From NCBI GenBank assembly GCA_038087875.1, contig CM075987.1, positions 26,972,001 through 27,036,000 of the forward strand: a stretch of DNA of 64,000 nucleotides, written 5' to 3'. Below are positions 1 through 11,347 of the stretch, piece after piece. This stretch comes from Malacoraja senta (lineage: Eukaryota). The first letter of the stretch is position 1; each line of letters starts with the position of its first letter. The notes below the pieces were generated by a model that was not told the DNA's origin, did not search any database, and saw only the letters and a program-made list of their open reading frames with translations. The translations under genes and the position numbers were made by a program.

Positions 1-590
1 TCCCTCTTCTCCCCTCTCCCATCGGGCAAAAGGTACAGAAGTGTGAAAACGCACACACCTCCAGATTCAGGGACAGTTTCTTCCCAGCTGTTATCAGGCA
101 ACTGAACCATCCTACCACAACCAAAGAGCGGTCCTGAACTGCTATCTGCCTCATCAGTGACCCTCGTACTATCCTTGATCGGACTTTGCTGGCTTTACCT
201 TGCACTAAACGTTATTCCCTTATCATTTATCTGTACACTGTGAATAGACAATAGACAATAGGTGCAGGAGTAGGCCATTCGGCCCTTTGAGCCAGCACCG
301 CCATTCAATGTGATCATGGCTGATCATCCCCAATCAGTACCCTGTTCCTGCCTTCTCCCCATGTCCCCTGGCTCCACTATTTTTCAGAGCCCTATCTAGC
401 TCTCTCTTGAAAGCATCCTGAGAACCTGCCTCCACCGCCCTCTGAGGCAGAGATGGGTCGATTGTAATGGGTCGATTGTAATGAATAATCATGTATTATC
501 TTTCCGCTGACTGGTTCGCACGCAATAAAAAGCCTTTCACTGTACCTCGGTACCCTTGACAATAAACTAAACTGCAACTGAACTGAAACT
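1..590 (+). mobile_element. Rex1/Babar-type LINE 3' fragment (ORF2 end + 3' UTR), interrupted by a CR1 tail at ~245-450
   Basis: Encodes ..SLFSPLPSGKRYRSVKT..SRFRDSFFPAVIRQLN; tail CTTTCACTGTACCTCGGTAC..GACAATAAAC(TGAAC)n; same sequence recurs at 8470, 39740, 44710, 51585. Confidence 0.75.
245..452 (-). mobile_element. CR1 (HER1-like) LINE 3' tail fragment
   Basis: (AATAGAC)n tail followed by AGGTGCAGGAGTAGGCCATTCGGCCCTT.., reverse complement of the CR1 3' UTR seen after RT-coding fragments such as 22985-23428. Confidence 0.8.
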
Positions 591-844
591 AGATTTGCAC
601 TGTCGCTGAATTCAAATTTTCACTGACAATCTTAATCTTCCTCTTGGAGTCACATGGGGACAACCGTATATGATGTCTCAGTTCTCAATCTCACACTTGA
701 ATTTTCCAATTCATGCCAAAGCTTTTTTTGAGCCAGAGCTGTATTGCGATAGAGCCGGTGATTCTTGTGTTCAGGGAGTGTCCTCACACCACACTCAAGG
801 GTGGCCCAAACAACACTGGACTCACCAGATGAGGAGCTGTTCAC

Positions 845-1022
845 GAAGGAACTGCAGATGCTGGAAAAACCGAACGTAGAGAAAAATGCTGGAGAAACTC
901 AGCGGGTGAGGCAGCATCTATGGAGGGAAGGAATAGGTGACGTTTCGGGTTGAGACCCGAAAGGGTCTCGACCCGAAACGTCACCTATTCCTTCGCTCCA
1001 TAGATGCTGCCTCACCCGCTGA
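845..1022. mobile_element. Penelope-like terminal repeat in fold-back (inverted) arrangement
   Basis: 60-bp inverted arms 899-958/963-1022 around a GAAA loop; same repeat follows the GIY-YIG fragments at 26575 and 62033. Confidence 0.7.
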
Positions 1023-1059
1023 TTGATTAGTAGGACTGGATGTTACAATCCCTATTGGA

Positions 1060-1223
1060 TGTTACTCCCAAGCCTTTCCTGACGTCCTCTGAGTGAGGGC
1101 TACATGTATATATGTATGTAGTTTGTTTTGTTTGTGCTTTTCTTATAACAAATGTAAAGCACTTTGGCCAACGAGAGTTGTTTTTTAAATGTGCTATATA
1201 AATAAATGTGACTTGACTTGACT
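1060..1223 (+). mobile_element. L2-type LINE 3' tail
   Basis: TGTAAAGCACTTTG..AAATGTGCTATATAAATAAA plus (GACTT)n tail; near-identical copy on minus strand at 54241-54420. Confidence 0.65.
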
Positions 1224-1224
1224 G

Positions 1225-1420
1225 TTCTTCTTCTTTTCGTGTCCATCTTGTTACAAATGTTAGCCTCGCTGTCATCGTCCGTCCTGAAAAGGACCGCGAG
1301 CTTCCGGCGACAATCAGTGGAAGCCATCACTTGTCGCAATAGATGATGGTGGTAGCAGAATTAGCTCAGGATACTTCCAGTTTCCAGCCCCGCGACGTGG
1401 ACGCTTCTGCTATGGGGGCC
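1225..1420 (-). mobile_element. 196-bp non-autonomous retroposon headed by an HDV-like ribozyme (Ingi/Vingi-like, inferred)
   Basis: Flanked by GACTTGACT direct repeats (1215-1223, 1421-1429); 3' end GGACACGAAAAGAAGAAGAA; 5' nucleotide is ribozyme G1. Confidence 0.7.
1353..1420 (-). ncRNA. HDV-like (CPEB3-type) self-cleaving ribozyme
   Basis: Minus strand GGCCCC CA UAGCAGAA GCG UCCACGU CGC GGGGCU GG AAACUGGAAGUAUCCUGAG CUAA UUCUGCUA: P1 6 bp with G1.U, P2 8 bp, P3 GCG/CGC, P1.1 CC/GG, weak P4, J4/2 CUAA with putative catalytic C at 1364. Confidence 0.85.
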
Positions 1421-1922
1421 GACTTGACTATGATTTCACTACAATTGACATTCTTGGGTGTGACCACTAGTTGAATTTGCTACCAATCAGACACATCTTC
1501 AGTTGTGTTGCTCATCGTCACTGGGTGTATCGACAAGACACCCTCAGTCGAGGCAGGCCCACCGCAGGTTGATCAGACCTGGGTGTGTGTCTTATTGTTA
1601 GCCTCTAGATGGTCAAGTGGCAGCCCAGACAGCATCTTTCTGGGCTGCCACATGGCCATCTAGAGTGTCTCCAGCATTTTTATCTATCTTCATCAGATGA
1701 GGAGGTCTCCAATTCCTCAAACTCTCATGGCTTCAGTAAATAAATCACCTTTCCAATTCCAGTAAATCCTCGTTATAATGCGTCGTAGGGAGCGGAATGT
1801 TTCCATGTAGATTACTGTCAGGTGTACCGAGGTACAGTGAAAAGCTCTTGTTGTGTGCGAACCAGACCATGCAATGGTGCCCATTATCGCCGGTTGTCTG
1901 CTATAGAAAGTCATAGAGTAAA

Positions 1923-2251
1923 ACCCCTGTCCCACGGCACGAGTTCATTCCAAGAGTTCTCTCGAGTTTGCCCTGATTCGAACTTAGGAGATTTACGGTA
2001 ATGGCCGCTCGTCGGTACTCGGGGCTCTCGTGGACATTTCTCAACGTGTTGAAAAATCTTCACGAGTCTTCCCGTGCTTACCTGCCGTTAGCGAGTCTTC
2101 CCGAGTACCTGCCGTTAGCGTTACGAGCCGCTAAGAGACGTCCCCGAGCTCCGACGTACCCGCTACGTTCATTCTCCGTGCTTACCACGAGTTTGATTTT
2201 TTTAAAACTCGGGAGAGCTCTTGGAATGAACTCGTACCGTGGGACAGGGCT
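1923..2251. mobile_element. PIF/Harbinger-type MITE
   Basis: ~45-bp TIRs CCCTGTCCCACGGCACGAGTTCATTCCAAGAG.. / ..CTCTTGGAATGAACTCGTACCGTGGGACAGGG; inserted in a CR1 tail; TSD imperfect (TAA/TTG). Confidence 0.7.
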
Positions 2252-2784
2252 TTGAGTGATACAGCGTGGAAACAGGCCCTTCAGCCCAACTTGCCCACAC
2301 AGGACTACATGTCCCAGCTACACCAGTCCCTCCTGCCTGCGTCTGGTCCCATATCCCTCTCAACCTGTCCTATCCATGTACCTGTCTAAATGTTTCTTAA
2401 ACACTGCAATAGTCCCTGCTTCAACTACCTCCTCTGGCAGCTCGTTCCATACACCCTCCACCCAGAAGCCATAACCGAGAAAGGTATTATCTTTCAAGAG
2501 AGAGCTAGATAGGGCTCTTAAAGATAGCGGAGTCAGGGGATATGGGGAGAAGGCAGGAACGGGGTACTGATTGGGGATGATCAGCCATGATCACATTGAA
2601 TGGCGGTGCTGGCTCGAAGGGCTGAATGGCCTACTCCTGCACCTATTGTCTATTGTGTGTGTAGTAGAAACACAAAAGGGCTCGAGGGCCCGAGCTATAG
2701 GGAATGGTTGCACAGGCTAAGACACTAGTCAGTTTGAATCAGTTTAGTATATTGTCGCGGGTTCCGAGCTACAGTGAAAAGTAT

Positions 2785-3195
2785 TCTTTGGAGAGCAGGA
2801 GGATGAGGGGTGATCTTATAGAGGTGTGTAAAATCATGAGGGGAATAGATCAGGTAGATGCACAGAGTCTCTTGCCCAGAGTAGGTGAATCGAGGACAAG
2901 AGGACATAGGTTTAAGGTGAGGTGGGGAGGGAAGTTTTAAGAGGAACCTGAGGGGTAACCTTTTCACACAGAGGGTGGTGGGTGTATGGAACGAGCTGCC
3001 ATAGGAGGTAGTTGAGGCTGGAACTATTATAATGTTTAAGAAACAGTTAGACAGGTACATGGATAGGACAGGTTTGGAGGGATATGGGCCAAACGCGGGC
3101 AGGTGGGACTCGTGCAGCTGGGACATGTTGGCCGGTGAGGGCAAGTTGGGCCGTAGGGCCTGTTTCCACGCTGCATCATTCTATCACTCTATGAC
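2785..3195 (+). mobile_element. CR1 LINE 3' fragment
   Basis: Translates YSLESRRMRGDLIEVCKIMRGIDQVD..RTRGHRFKV, homologous to the C-terminus of ORF 15489-18440, followed by 3' stem-loop tail. Confidence 0.85.
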
Positions 3196-4518
3196 CAAAC
3201 AAAGTGCTGGATGTGTTTTTGATCCTCCAGTGGCTTCTGTGTTGCTCAGGATGCTGCATTGTAGGCGAAAGGAGAAACTTCTGAAAACAGAAGTTGGAAG
3301 GAAAGTTAAGGGAAACTTTGGATCTTATCTTCTCTAAAGCACAAGAGAGACTCCTGGATTATTTAATTAAGATTTTCAAGACTGATGAAACTGTTCTGGA
3401 ATTGTTTGTGGTTTTGAAAGGTTCAATATGCCACAGATAAATGTATCTAGGCGTGGAAGTTTGGTGGAAATGGTTTCCTGAAGATGTCACGAAAGCAGAT
3501 AGCGGGAGTGGAATCCCAAGAAAGGTCTTAGAGAGGGTAATTTTATAAAGTTTCCCAATACTTCGCATTCTGCAGAATTCACACAATCTCATTTTAGGAT
3601 TGCATTACAAGAAGAATTGTGGAGAAAGACATTGTAATTGGAATTGCAGAGAAGATTCTGCCGATGATTATTTCAAAACATGGGAAGAATTAAATAGGAG
3701 CATGATATGATTGAAGTGATGGAATTTAATGAGATTATGAGTAGTTCTCCCAACGCTGCCGCGACCTCCATATGAGGAGTAGGCCGGACGGAGAGCGAGC
3801 GGGGGTATTGCCTGTGAGTTGCCTGTTTCCTTTAGAGGGCGGTGGAGGCTGGTTCTCTGGACACTTTCAAGAGAGAGTTAGATAGAGCTCTTAAAGATAG
3901 CGGAGTTAAGGGATACGGAGAGAAGGCAGGAACGGGGTACTGATTGGGGATGATCAGCCATGATCACATTGAATGGTGGTGCTGGCTCGAAGGGCCGAAT
4001 GGCCTACTCCTGCACCTATTGTCTATTGTCTATTATCATTGTTATATTTTGCATATCTTTCATTCATTGTTCTTTATCTCTACATCACCGTCTATATCTC
4101 TCATTTCCCTTATCCCTAACCAGTCTGAAGAAGGGTCTCGACACGAAACATCGCCTATTCCTTCTCTCCAGAGATGCCGCCTGTCCCGCTGAGTTACTCC
4201 AGCATTTTGTGTCTATCCTCAGGGCATTGCCCTATCTGGGACATATGACAAAAAAAAAAACACTCTTGACCCTTGAATAATCCGGCCTTCAAGGTCGGCT
4301 GCAGGAGGCGCCCGTCCCTGGGTCGGGCGGGCAAGGAGAGGAGAGGAGAGGGACATGGGTCAGTGGGCCGAGCCGGTCGAGGGCCCCTGCAGTAGCCTGC
4401 GGCTCACCTGGTCAAGAGCCAATACATCGAGTGCACGGGCCTGATGGGACTTTTTGTAAATGGCGTCAAAATGTGGCGACTCGTGCATGTGTGAGCTTTG
4501 CAAAATGAATTGTGCAGC

Positions 4519-4840
4519 GGCAACACGGTGGCGCAGCGGTAGAGTAGCTGCCTCACAGCACCAGAGACCCGGGTGCCATCCCCACTACGGGTGCTGTCTG
4601 GACGGAGTTTGTACGTTCTCCCCGTGACCGCGTGGGTTTTCTCTGGGATCTCCAGTTTCCTCCCACACTCCAAAGACGTGTTGGTTTGTAGGTTAATTGG
4701 CTTCGGTAAAATTGTAAATTGTCCCTAGTGTGTATAGGATTGTGCTCATGTACGGGGTGGATGCTGGTCGGTGCAGACTCGACTCAACAGGCCGAAGGGC
4801 CTGTTTCCACACCGTATCTTTAAATTAAACTAAACTAAAC
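4519..4840 (+). mobile_element. tRNA-derived V-SINE (HE1-like)
   Basis: A-box-like GGTGGCGCAGCGG, degenerate B-box, V-domain GGAGTTTGTACGTTCTCCCCGTGAC..GTTTCCTCCCAC, CR1-like 3' stem-loop, (TAAAC)n tail. Confidence 0.85.
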
Positions 4841-4990
4841 ATTGAACGTTGACCATCTTCAGAAGGAGAAGCAATTTTAGGTCCAAGAGGCTTCATTCTG
4901 ATGAAGAGTCCCAGACCTGAAACATTAACTGTGTAGAAGGGAACTGCAGATGCTGGTTTATGCTGAAGATAGACACAGAGTGTTGGAGCA

Positions 4991-5160
4991 ACTCAGCAGG
5001 TCAGGCAGCATCTCTGGAGAAAAAACTCAGCAGGTCAGGCAGCATCTCTGGAGAAAAAACTCAGCAGGTCAGGCAGCATCTCTGGAGAAAAAACTCAGCA
5101 GGTCAGGCAGCATCTCTGGAGAAAAAACTCAGCAGGTCAGGCAGCATCTCCGGAGAGAAA
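4991..5160. repeat. 34-bp tandem repeat x5 within a Penelope terminal repeat
   Basis: ACTCAGCAGGTCAGGCAGCATCTCTGGAGAAAAA starting at 4991, 5025, 5059, 5093, 5127. Confidence 0.9.
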
Positions 5161-6304
5161 AAAGATGCGGGGCGTTTTGAGTCAGAAACCTTCCTTAGAC
5201 TATGAAGAAAGGTTCCGATCCAAAACATCACCCATCATTTCTTTCTCCAAAGATGCTGCCTGACCCACTGAGTTACTCCAGCACTTTGTGTCTATTCCAC
5301 TGGAACATTAACTGTATCTCCTTCCACAGATGCTGTCTGATCTCATGAACGTTTCCAAGTATTTTCTGTTTTTACGTCAGATTTTCAGCATCTGTAGTTT
5401 TTTTGCTTTTTCAGGTAGAAAATAACAGATTGGAATTTCTAAGTTTTCACGACTTAGGCCCAAGCGCCTTCATTCTGACCTGAAACATTAACTGTGTAGA
5501 AACATAGAAACATAGAAAATAGATGCAGGAGGAGGCCATTCGGCCCTTCGAGCCAGCACCGCCATTCATTGTGATCAATGCTGATCGTCCCCAATCAATA
5601 ACCCGTGCCTGCCTTCTCCCCATATCCCTTGATTCCACCAGCCCCCCGTGCTCTATCTAACTCAGATCTAACAAAGGAACTGCAGATGCTGGTTTGTACA
5701 GTAGATAGACACAAAGTGCTGGAGTAACTCAGCGGGTGCAAGGTTGATGTATGGCTGCACCAAAACCTCTCTGGTCATATCAAAATTTATGTAGATATTT
5801 ACACAACGGCTGATATATAGGACAACGTGGTCAAAGTAGCTCACAGTCCTCATCACTTCTCTGGCACTGTAATCACAAATCTTTATCATCAACTTCTGCT
5901 GAACCAACGCTATAAGTTATCATGAAGGTCATGCTGACTTGGAATTATCTCAACAAGGACCTCATTGGCATCATCATCAATCATCCAATCCAGTACGCAT
6001 TAAGTCAAAAGGAGATGCCTATGTCTGTGATGTGATGTTTGGCCAAAAGACAATTAGACAACTCAGGACAAAGTTAGACAAGGGCAAACAATTGTGCAAC
6101 ACAACTTCAACGTCTAAGAAACATTTAGACAATTAGGAGCTAGTCAAAAAATGCTGGAGAAACTCAGCAGGTGAGGCAGCATCTATGGAGAGAAGGAATA
6201 GGCGGCGTTTTGGGTCGAGACCCGCCTTCAGACTGATGTCGGGGGGGGGGGGGGGGGAGGGGGCGTGGAAAAAAAAGTCCCTCAGATTCCTACAAGATCT
6301 TTCC

Positions 6305-6690
6305 TTAGAGGTTGAGCAGACTGGGACTCTATTCCCTGAGAGAAGGGTGATGAGGAGGGATCTTATAGAGGCGTACAAAATCATGAGAGGAATAGATCGG
6401 GTGGGCGCACAGAGTCTCTTGCACAGTGGTAACTTTTTCACACAAAGGGTGGCGGGTGTATGGGACATGCTGCATGAGAAGGTAGTTGATGCTGGGAATA
6501 TTGTAACATTTAATAATCATTTAGACTATAAACTAAACTGAACCGAACTGAAACTGACCTGAACTGGATAGGACAGGTTTAGAGGCTACATGGGCCAAAC
6601 ACAGGCAGGTGGGACTAGTATAGATGGGACATGATGGGCAAGTTGGGCTGAAGGGCCTGTTTTCACACTGTATCACTCCATGCCTATGAC
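6305..6690 (+). mobile_element. CR1 LINE 3' fragment
   Basis: RRVMRRDLIEAYKIMRGIDRVGAQSL..FFTQRVAGVW plus tail. Confidence 0.8.
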
Positions 6691-6995
6691 TCTCTAATAG
6701 CAGCTTACAGTATGTACAACCTGTAATACTCTGATATTGGGAAAAGCCATTAACTTGTTCTGGGAGTTAACATCGTTCCTATGCTTTTTGCTTACAAGCT
6801 AAATTATATTCATAGTTTAGATAGACACAAAAATCTGGAGTAACAGCGGGTCAGTCGGCATCTCTGGAGGAAATAAATAGTTGACTTTCCCGGGTCGAGA
6901 CCCTTCTTCAGACTGAGAGTCTCATATAACGTAAGATAAGTTTCTCATATAATAAGCTGAGCTATGTATAGTTCCCACAACATATATATATATAT

Positions 6996-7027
<32 letters not shown>

Positions 7028-8469
7028 TTCCCACAACATGGTAGGAAGCATCAAAGTGTAGAAACAAGGAACTGCAGATGCTGGTTTACAAAACTAACAC
7101 AGAGTGCTGGAGTAACTCAGCGGGTCAGGCAGCATCTGTGGAGAACATGGATAGGTGACGTTTCACGGAGTGCTGGAGTAACTCAGCGGGTCAGGCAGCA
7201 TCCGTGGAGCGAAGGAAATGGGCAACCTTTCGGGCCGAAACCCTGAAGGAAATAGGCAACGTTTCGGGCCGAAACCCGGAAGGGTTTCGGGACGAAACGT
7301 TGCCTATTTCCTTCGCTCCATAGATGCTGCCGGAACATGGATAGGTGACATTTCACAGAGTGCTGGAGTAACTCAGCGGGTCAGGCAGCATCTGTGGAGA
7401 ACATGGATAGGTGAAGTTTCGGGTCAGGACCCTTCTTTAGACTGATTGTAGAGAGAAAAGAGAAAACTGAAAGAGTGGAGGGGCAGGACAAAGCCAGGCA
7501 AGTAATAGGCTGGCAGATACAAGATGCTGGAGTCACTCTACAGGACGGCAGCATCTCTGGAGAAAAGGAATGGGTGACGTTTCGGCTCGAGACCCTTCTT
7601 CAGACTGGTAATAGGTTGATGTGGTAGAGGGGGGGGGGTTGGAGGAGGGGGGGGGGGGTGCCGCCCCTTCTTAAGTGAAGGAAGTTAGGTCTGTCCTCTG
7701 TATCTCCCCTTGGAGGTCACATTCTCCATGAATATATTGAGGATATTGAAGACGGAGGCTGGCAGGTCTACACCAGTTGGTGCTATGAGCTATGGAAATC
7801 AGCTGCGGCAGTGGATTGAGATGCCCTTCTGAATTTCGACCTTCACAACGTGCAGCAAAACACACTCATGAGCAGAGTATGAATAAGGACACAGCAGATG
7901 ACGTGCGTGGTTGAACTCCGTAACTATTCCATTCCAAGTAATTTCCATCATTTTGTTTTGCGAAATGAAAAAGCAAGTGAAGTCAGGCTCGGCAAGAAGC
8001 AGAGAGAGAGAAAAAACCCTGTCGCTTGGATAAGCTGGCCTGCAAACCTGTCCCTTCATTAAACCCCGGGACTAAATGTAGCGTGTTCTACGGCGTATTC
8101 TCCCCGCAAGTCAACTGTGTGCTAAAGTACATTAGTGACATTACGGAGCACTTGTGTATAATAGACAGATGCCGAATGCATCAGTGTAATGGGGGAAAAT
8201 ATAATTACCACAAAAAGCTTCATCGCAGCAAAGTGGCAGGGAAAGGTTGCAAATAAAACATGTTTTTGTTGATGGCATACCGTCAGAAGCATAATGAATG
8301 CATCCTGCCAAACAAATGCCTGCTTTCCTATCAACTAAATTCCAATTGAGAGTCATAGAGTGATACAGTGCCCTTCGGCCCAACTTGCCCGCACCTGCCA
8401 ACAATGTCCCAGCTACACTAGTCCCACCTTGCCCGCGTTTGGTCCATATCCCTCCAAACCTGTCCTATC

Positions 8470-8968
8470 CAGTTCGGTTCAGTTTCAGTTCAGTTCAGTT
8501 TAGTTTATTGTCACGTGTACCGAGGTACAGAGAAAAGCTTTTGTTGCGTGCTAACCAGTCAGCGGAAATACAATACATGATTACAATCGAGCCGTTTACA
8601 GTGTACAGATACATGATTAGTGCAAGGTAAAGCCAGCAAAGTCCGATCAAGGATAGTCCGAGGGACACCAAAGAGGTAGATAGTAGTTCAGCTCTGCTCT
8701 CTGGTTGTGGTAGGATGGTTCAGTTGCCTGATAACAGCTGGGAAGAAACGGTCCCTGAATCTGGAGATGTGCGTTTTCACACTTCTGTGCCTTATGCCTG
8801 ATGGGAGAGGGGAGAAGAGGGAGTGGCCGGGGTGCGACTCGTCCTTGATTATGTTGCTGGCCTTGCCGAGGCAGCGTGAGGTGTAGATGGAGTCAGAAGA
8901 AGGGAGGTTGGTTTGTGTGACGGTCTGGGCTGCGTCCACAATTCGCTGCAATTTCTAGCGGTCTTGAA
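8470..8968 (-). mobile_element. Rex1/Babar-type LINE 3' fragment
   Basis: ORF 8688-8951 QRIVDAAQTVTQTNLPS..HPGHSLFSPLPSG..FFPAVIRQLN, homologous to the C-terminus of ORF 9296-10210. Confidence 0.8.
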
Positions 8969-9016
8969 TGTCGGGCAGTCTAGTAGATGCTCTACGTTAA
9001 CTTTAAAGACCTTGCC

Positions 9017-10718
9017 TGTCTTTCAAATGTTTTTACATTTGCAAGATAAAGACTACTTGGTAAGATCTGAGAGATGATGTCTCTTTTTAGAAGCACAATT
9101 TCCATTTTTCACGTAATTCTCAGAGGCCAGAAGTGATTCGATTGAATTCTTCGGAAGGTTTGTTGAAATGAATAAATGGAGTCACTAGAATGGAGGTTAT
9201 TTCTGATTACTCTTGGCCAAGTGTGGTAGACTTCACAACGAGCCAGGGTCTATTATAATTTTCATAATAGAAGGTTTGACTGGAGAGGTGCCTCAGTGGG
9301 AATAGAAAGTAAATATAACAAATGCGCGTCCCTCTGCAATTGGATCCTCGACTTCCTCATTCTCAGACCACAGTCTGTTCGTATTGGTGGAAATGTGTCA
9401 GACTCGATAACAATCAGTACGGGAGCACCTCAATACTGCGTGCTTAGCCCCCTGCTGTACTCACTCTATACTCATGACTGCGTAGCCGGACATAGTGCGA
9501 ACTCCATCATCAAGTTCGCTGACGACACCTCTGTTGTGGGACGTATCACTGATGGGGATGAGTCAGAGTATAGAAGAGAGATCGAGCAACTGTCCATATG
9601 GTGCCAGCACAATAACCTGGCCCTCAACACCAGCAAGACCAAGAAGCTGATTGTGGACTTTGGAAGGAGTAGGATGGGGACCCACAGTCCCGTTTATATC
9701 AACGGGTCGATGGTTGAAAGGGTCAAGAGCTTCAAATTCCTGGGCATGCACATCTCTGAAGATCTTTCCTGGTCCGAGAACAATGATGCCATTATTAAGA
9801 AAGCACATCAGCGCCTCTACTTCCTGAGAATATTACGGAGAGTCGGTTTGTCAAGGAGGACTCTCTCTAACTTCTACAGGTGCACAGTAGAGAGCATGCT
9901 GACCGGTTGCATCGTGGCTTGGTTCGGCAACTTGAGCGCCCTGGAGAGGAAAAGACTACAAAGAGTAGTAAACACTGCCCAGTCCATCATCGGCTCTGAC
10001 CTCCCTTCCATCGAGGGGATCTACCACAGTCGCTGCCTCAAAAAGGCTGGCAGCATCATCAAGGACCCACACCATCCTGCCCACACACTCATCTCCCTAC
10101 TACCTTCAGGTAGAAGGTACAGGAGCCTGAAGACTGCAACGACCAGGTTCAGGAACAGCTACTTCCCCACAGCCATCAGGCTATTAAACCTGGCTCGGAC
10201 AAAACACTGAACTTTATTAGCCAATACTGTTATTTGCACTTTATCAGTATATTGACCATTGTGTATATATTTATAGAATGGTATATGGACACACTGATCT
10301 GTTTTGTAGTCAATGCCTACTATGTTCTGTTGTGCTGAAGCAAAGCAAGAATTTCATTGTCCTATCAGGGACACATGACAATAAACTCACTTGAACTTGA
10401 ACTAATTGCTCTTACCGGCTGATCAACGAACATTTGAACAAATCGTCTGAATAATGCAATATCGTCACTTCTGGCCTCTGTGAATAACGTTAAACATGGA
10501 AATTGTGCTTCTAAATAAAGACATAGTAACAGGAACATAGAAAATAGGTGCAGGAGTAGGCCATTCGGCCCTTCGAGCCAGCACCGCCATTCAATATGAT
10601 CATCCAAAATCAGTACCGCGTTCCTGCTTTCTCCCCATATCCCTTGATTCCGTTACATCATATCTCAGATCTTACCAAGTAGTTTTTTTTCTTGCAAATG
10701 TAAAGAACATTGGAGATA
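9017..10718. repeat. Long inverted repeat (arms ~9017-9170 and ~10431-10718) enclosing the Rex1 insertion
   Basis: TTTACATTTGCAAGA..CTACTTGGTAAGATCTGAGA..TTTAGAAGCACAATTTCCAT..CAGAGGCCAGAAGTGA recurs as reverse complement on the right; the right arm is split by a CR1 tail (~10525-10655). Confidence 0.85.
9323..10403 (+). mobile_element. 5'-truncated Rex1/Babar LINE (RT C-terminal half, open frame to 10210)
   Basis: LCNWILDFL..[34 protein letters not shown]..; 3' UTR ending GACAATAAACTCA(CTTGAA)n. Confidence 0.9.
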
Positions 10719-11034
10719 AGAGTTTCAAACACTCCCTGTCCACCAGTGTGATGTCATTTAATATTTTCCCAACTTTTTAAACTATTTTATTATTGATTGC
10801 AATACTGTTTCAAACAGAAAGTAAATAAAGGTTGACAAACTTTATATTGGAAATAACAAGCCTTTTTAATTAACAAATTTCCCACTAGAACAGGGTCAAG
10901 GGGCTGGAATATTTTTTCTGTCTTTATTTTATGTTTAATTCATCTGCACAAAAGAATAAAAACCCAACTAATTTCCCACTTCTAGCCCTCGCCTCAGCCT
11001 ACAGAACGTGGCCACACCCTCAACAAATTATCTT

Positions 11035-11347
11035 TTAGTTTAGTTTAGTTTTAGAGATACAGCATGGAAACAGGCCCTTCGGCCCACCGAGTCCACACCG
11101 ACCAGCGATCCCCGCACATTAACACAGCCCTACACACACTAGCGACAATTTACAATTTTACCTAAGCCAATTGATCTACAAACTTGTACGTCCTTGGAGT
11201 GTGGGAGGAAACCGGAGCACCCGGAGAAAACCCAGGCAGGTCACGGGGAGAGCGTACAAACTCCATACAGACAGCACCCGTAGTCGGGATCGAACCTGGG
11301 TCTCCGGCGCTGTGAGGCAGCAACTCTGCCGCTGCGTCACCGTGCCG
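11035..11347 (-). mobile_element. V-SINE (HE1-like)
   Basis: Full-length reverse complement of the SINE with (GTTTA)n tail. Confidence 0.85.

Noticed and set aside
1425..1510. Possible second ribozyme (CUGAAGA..GAAA..GUC, minus strand) upstream of the HDV-like motif
   Set aside because: No stem I pairing and an implausible stem II; it also lies outside the TSD-bounded element.
3330..3740. Purine-rich stretch that looks coding
   Set aside because: Multiple stops in all frames; at most a highly decayed CR1 remnant.
9296..10210. 304-aa ORF as a host gene
   Set aside because: It is the 3' half of a Rex1/Babar RT; the first ~9 codons are flanking DNA and there is no true start.
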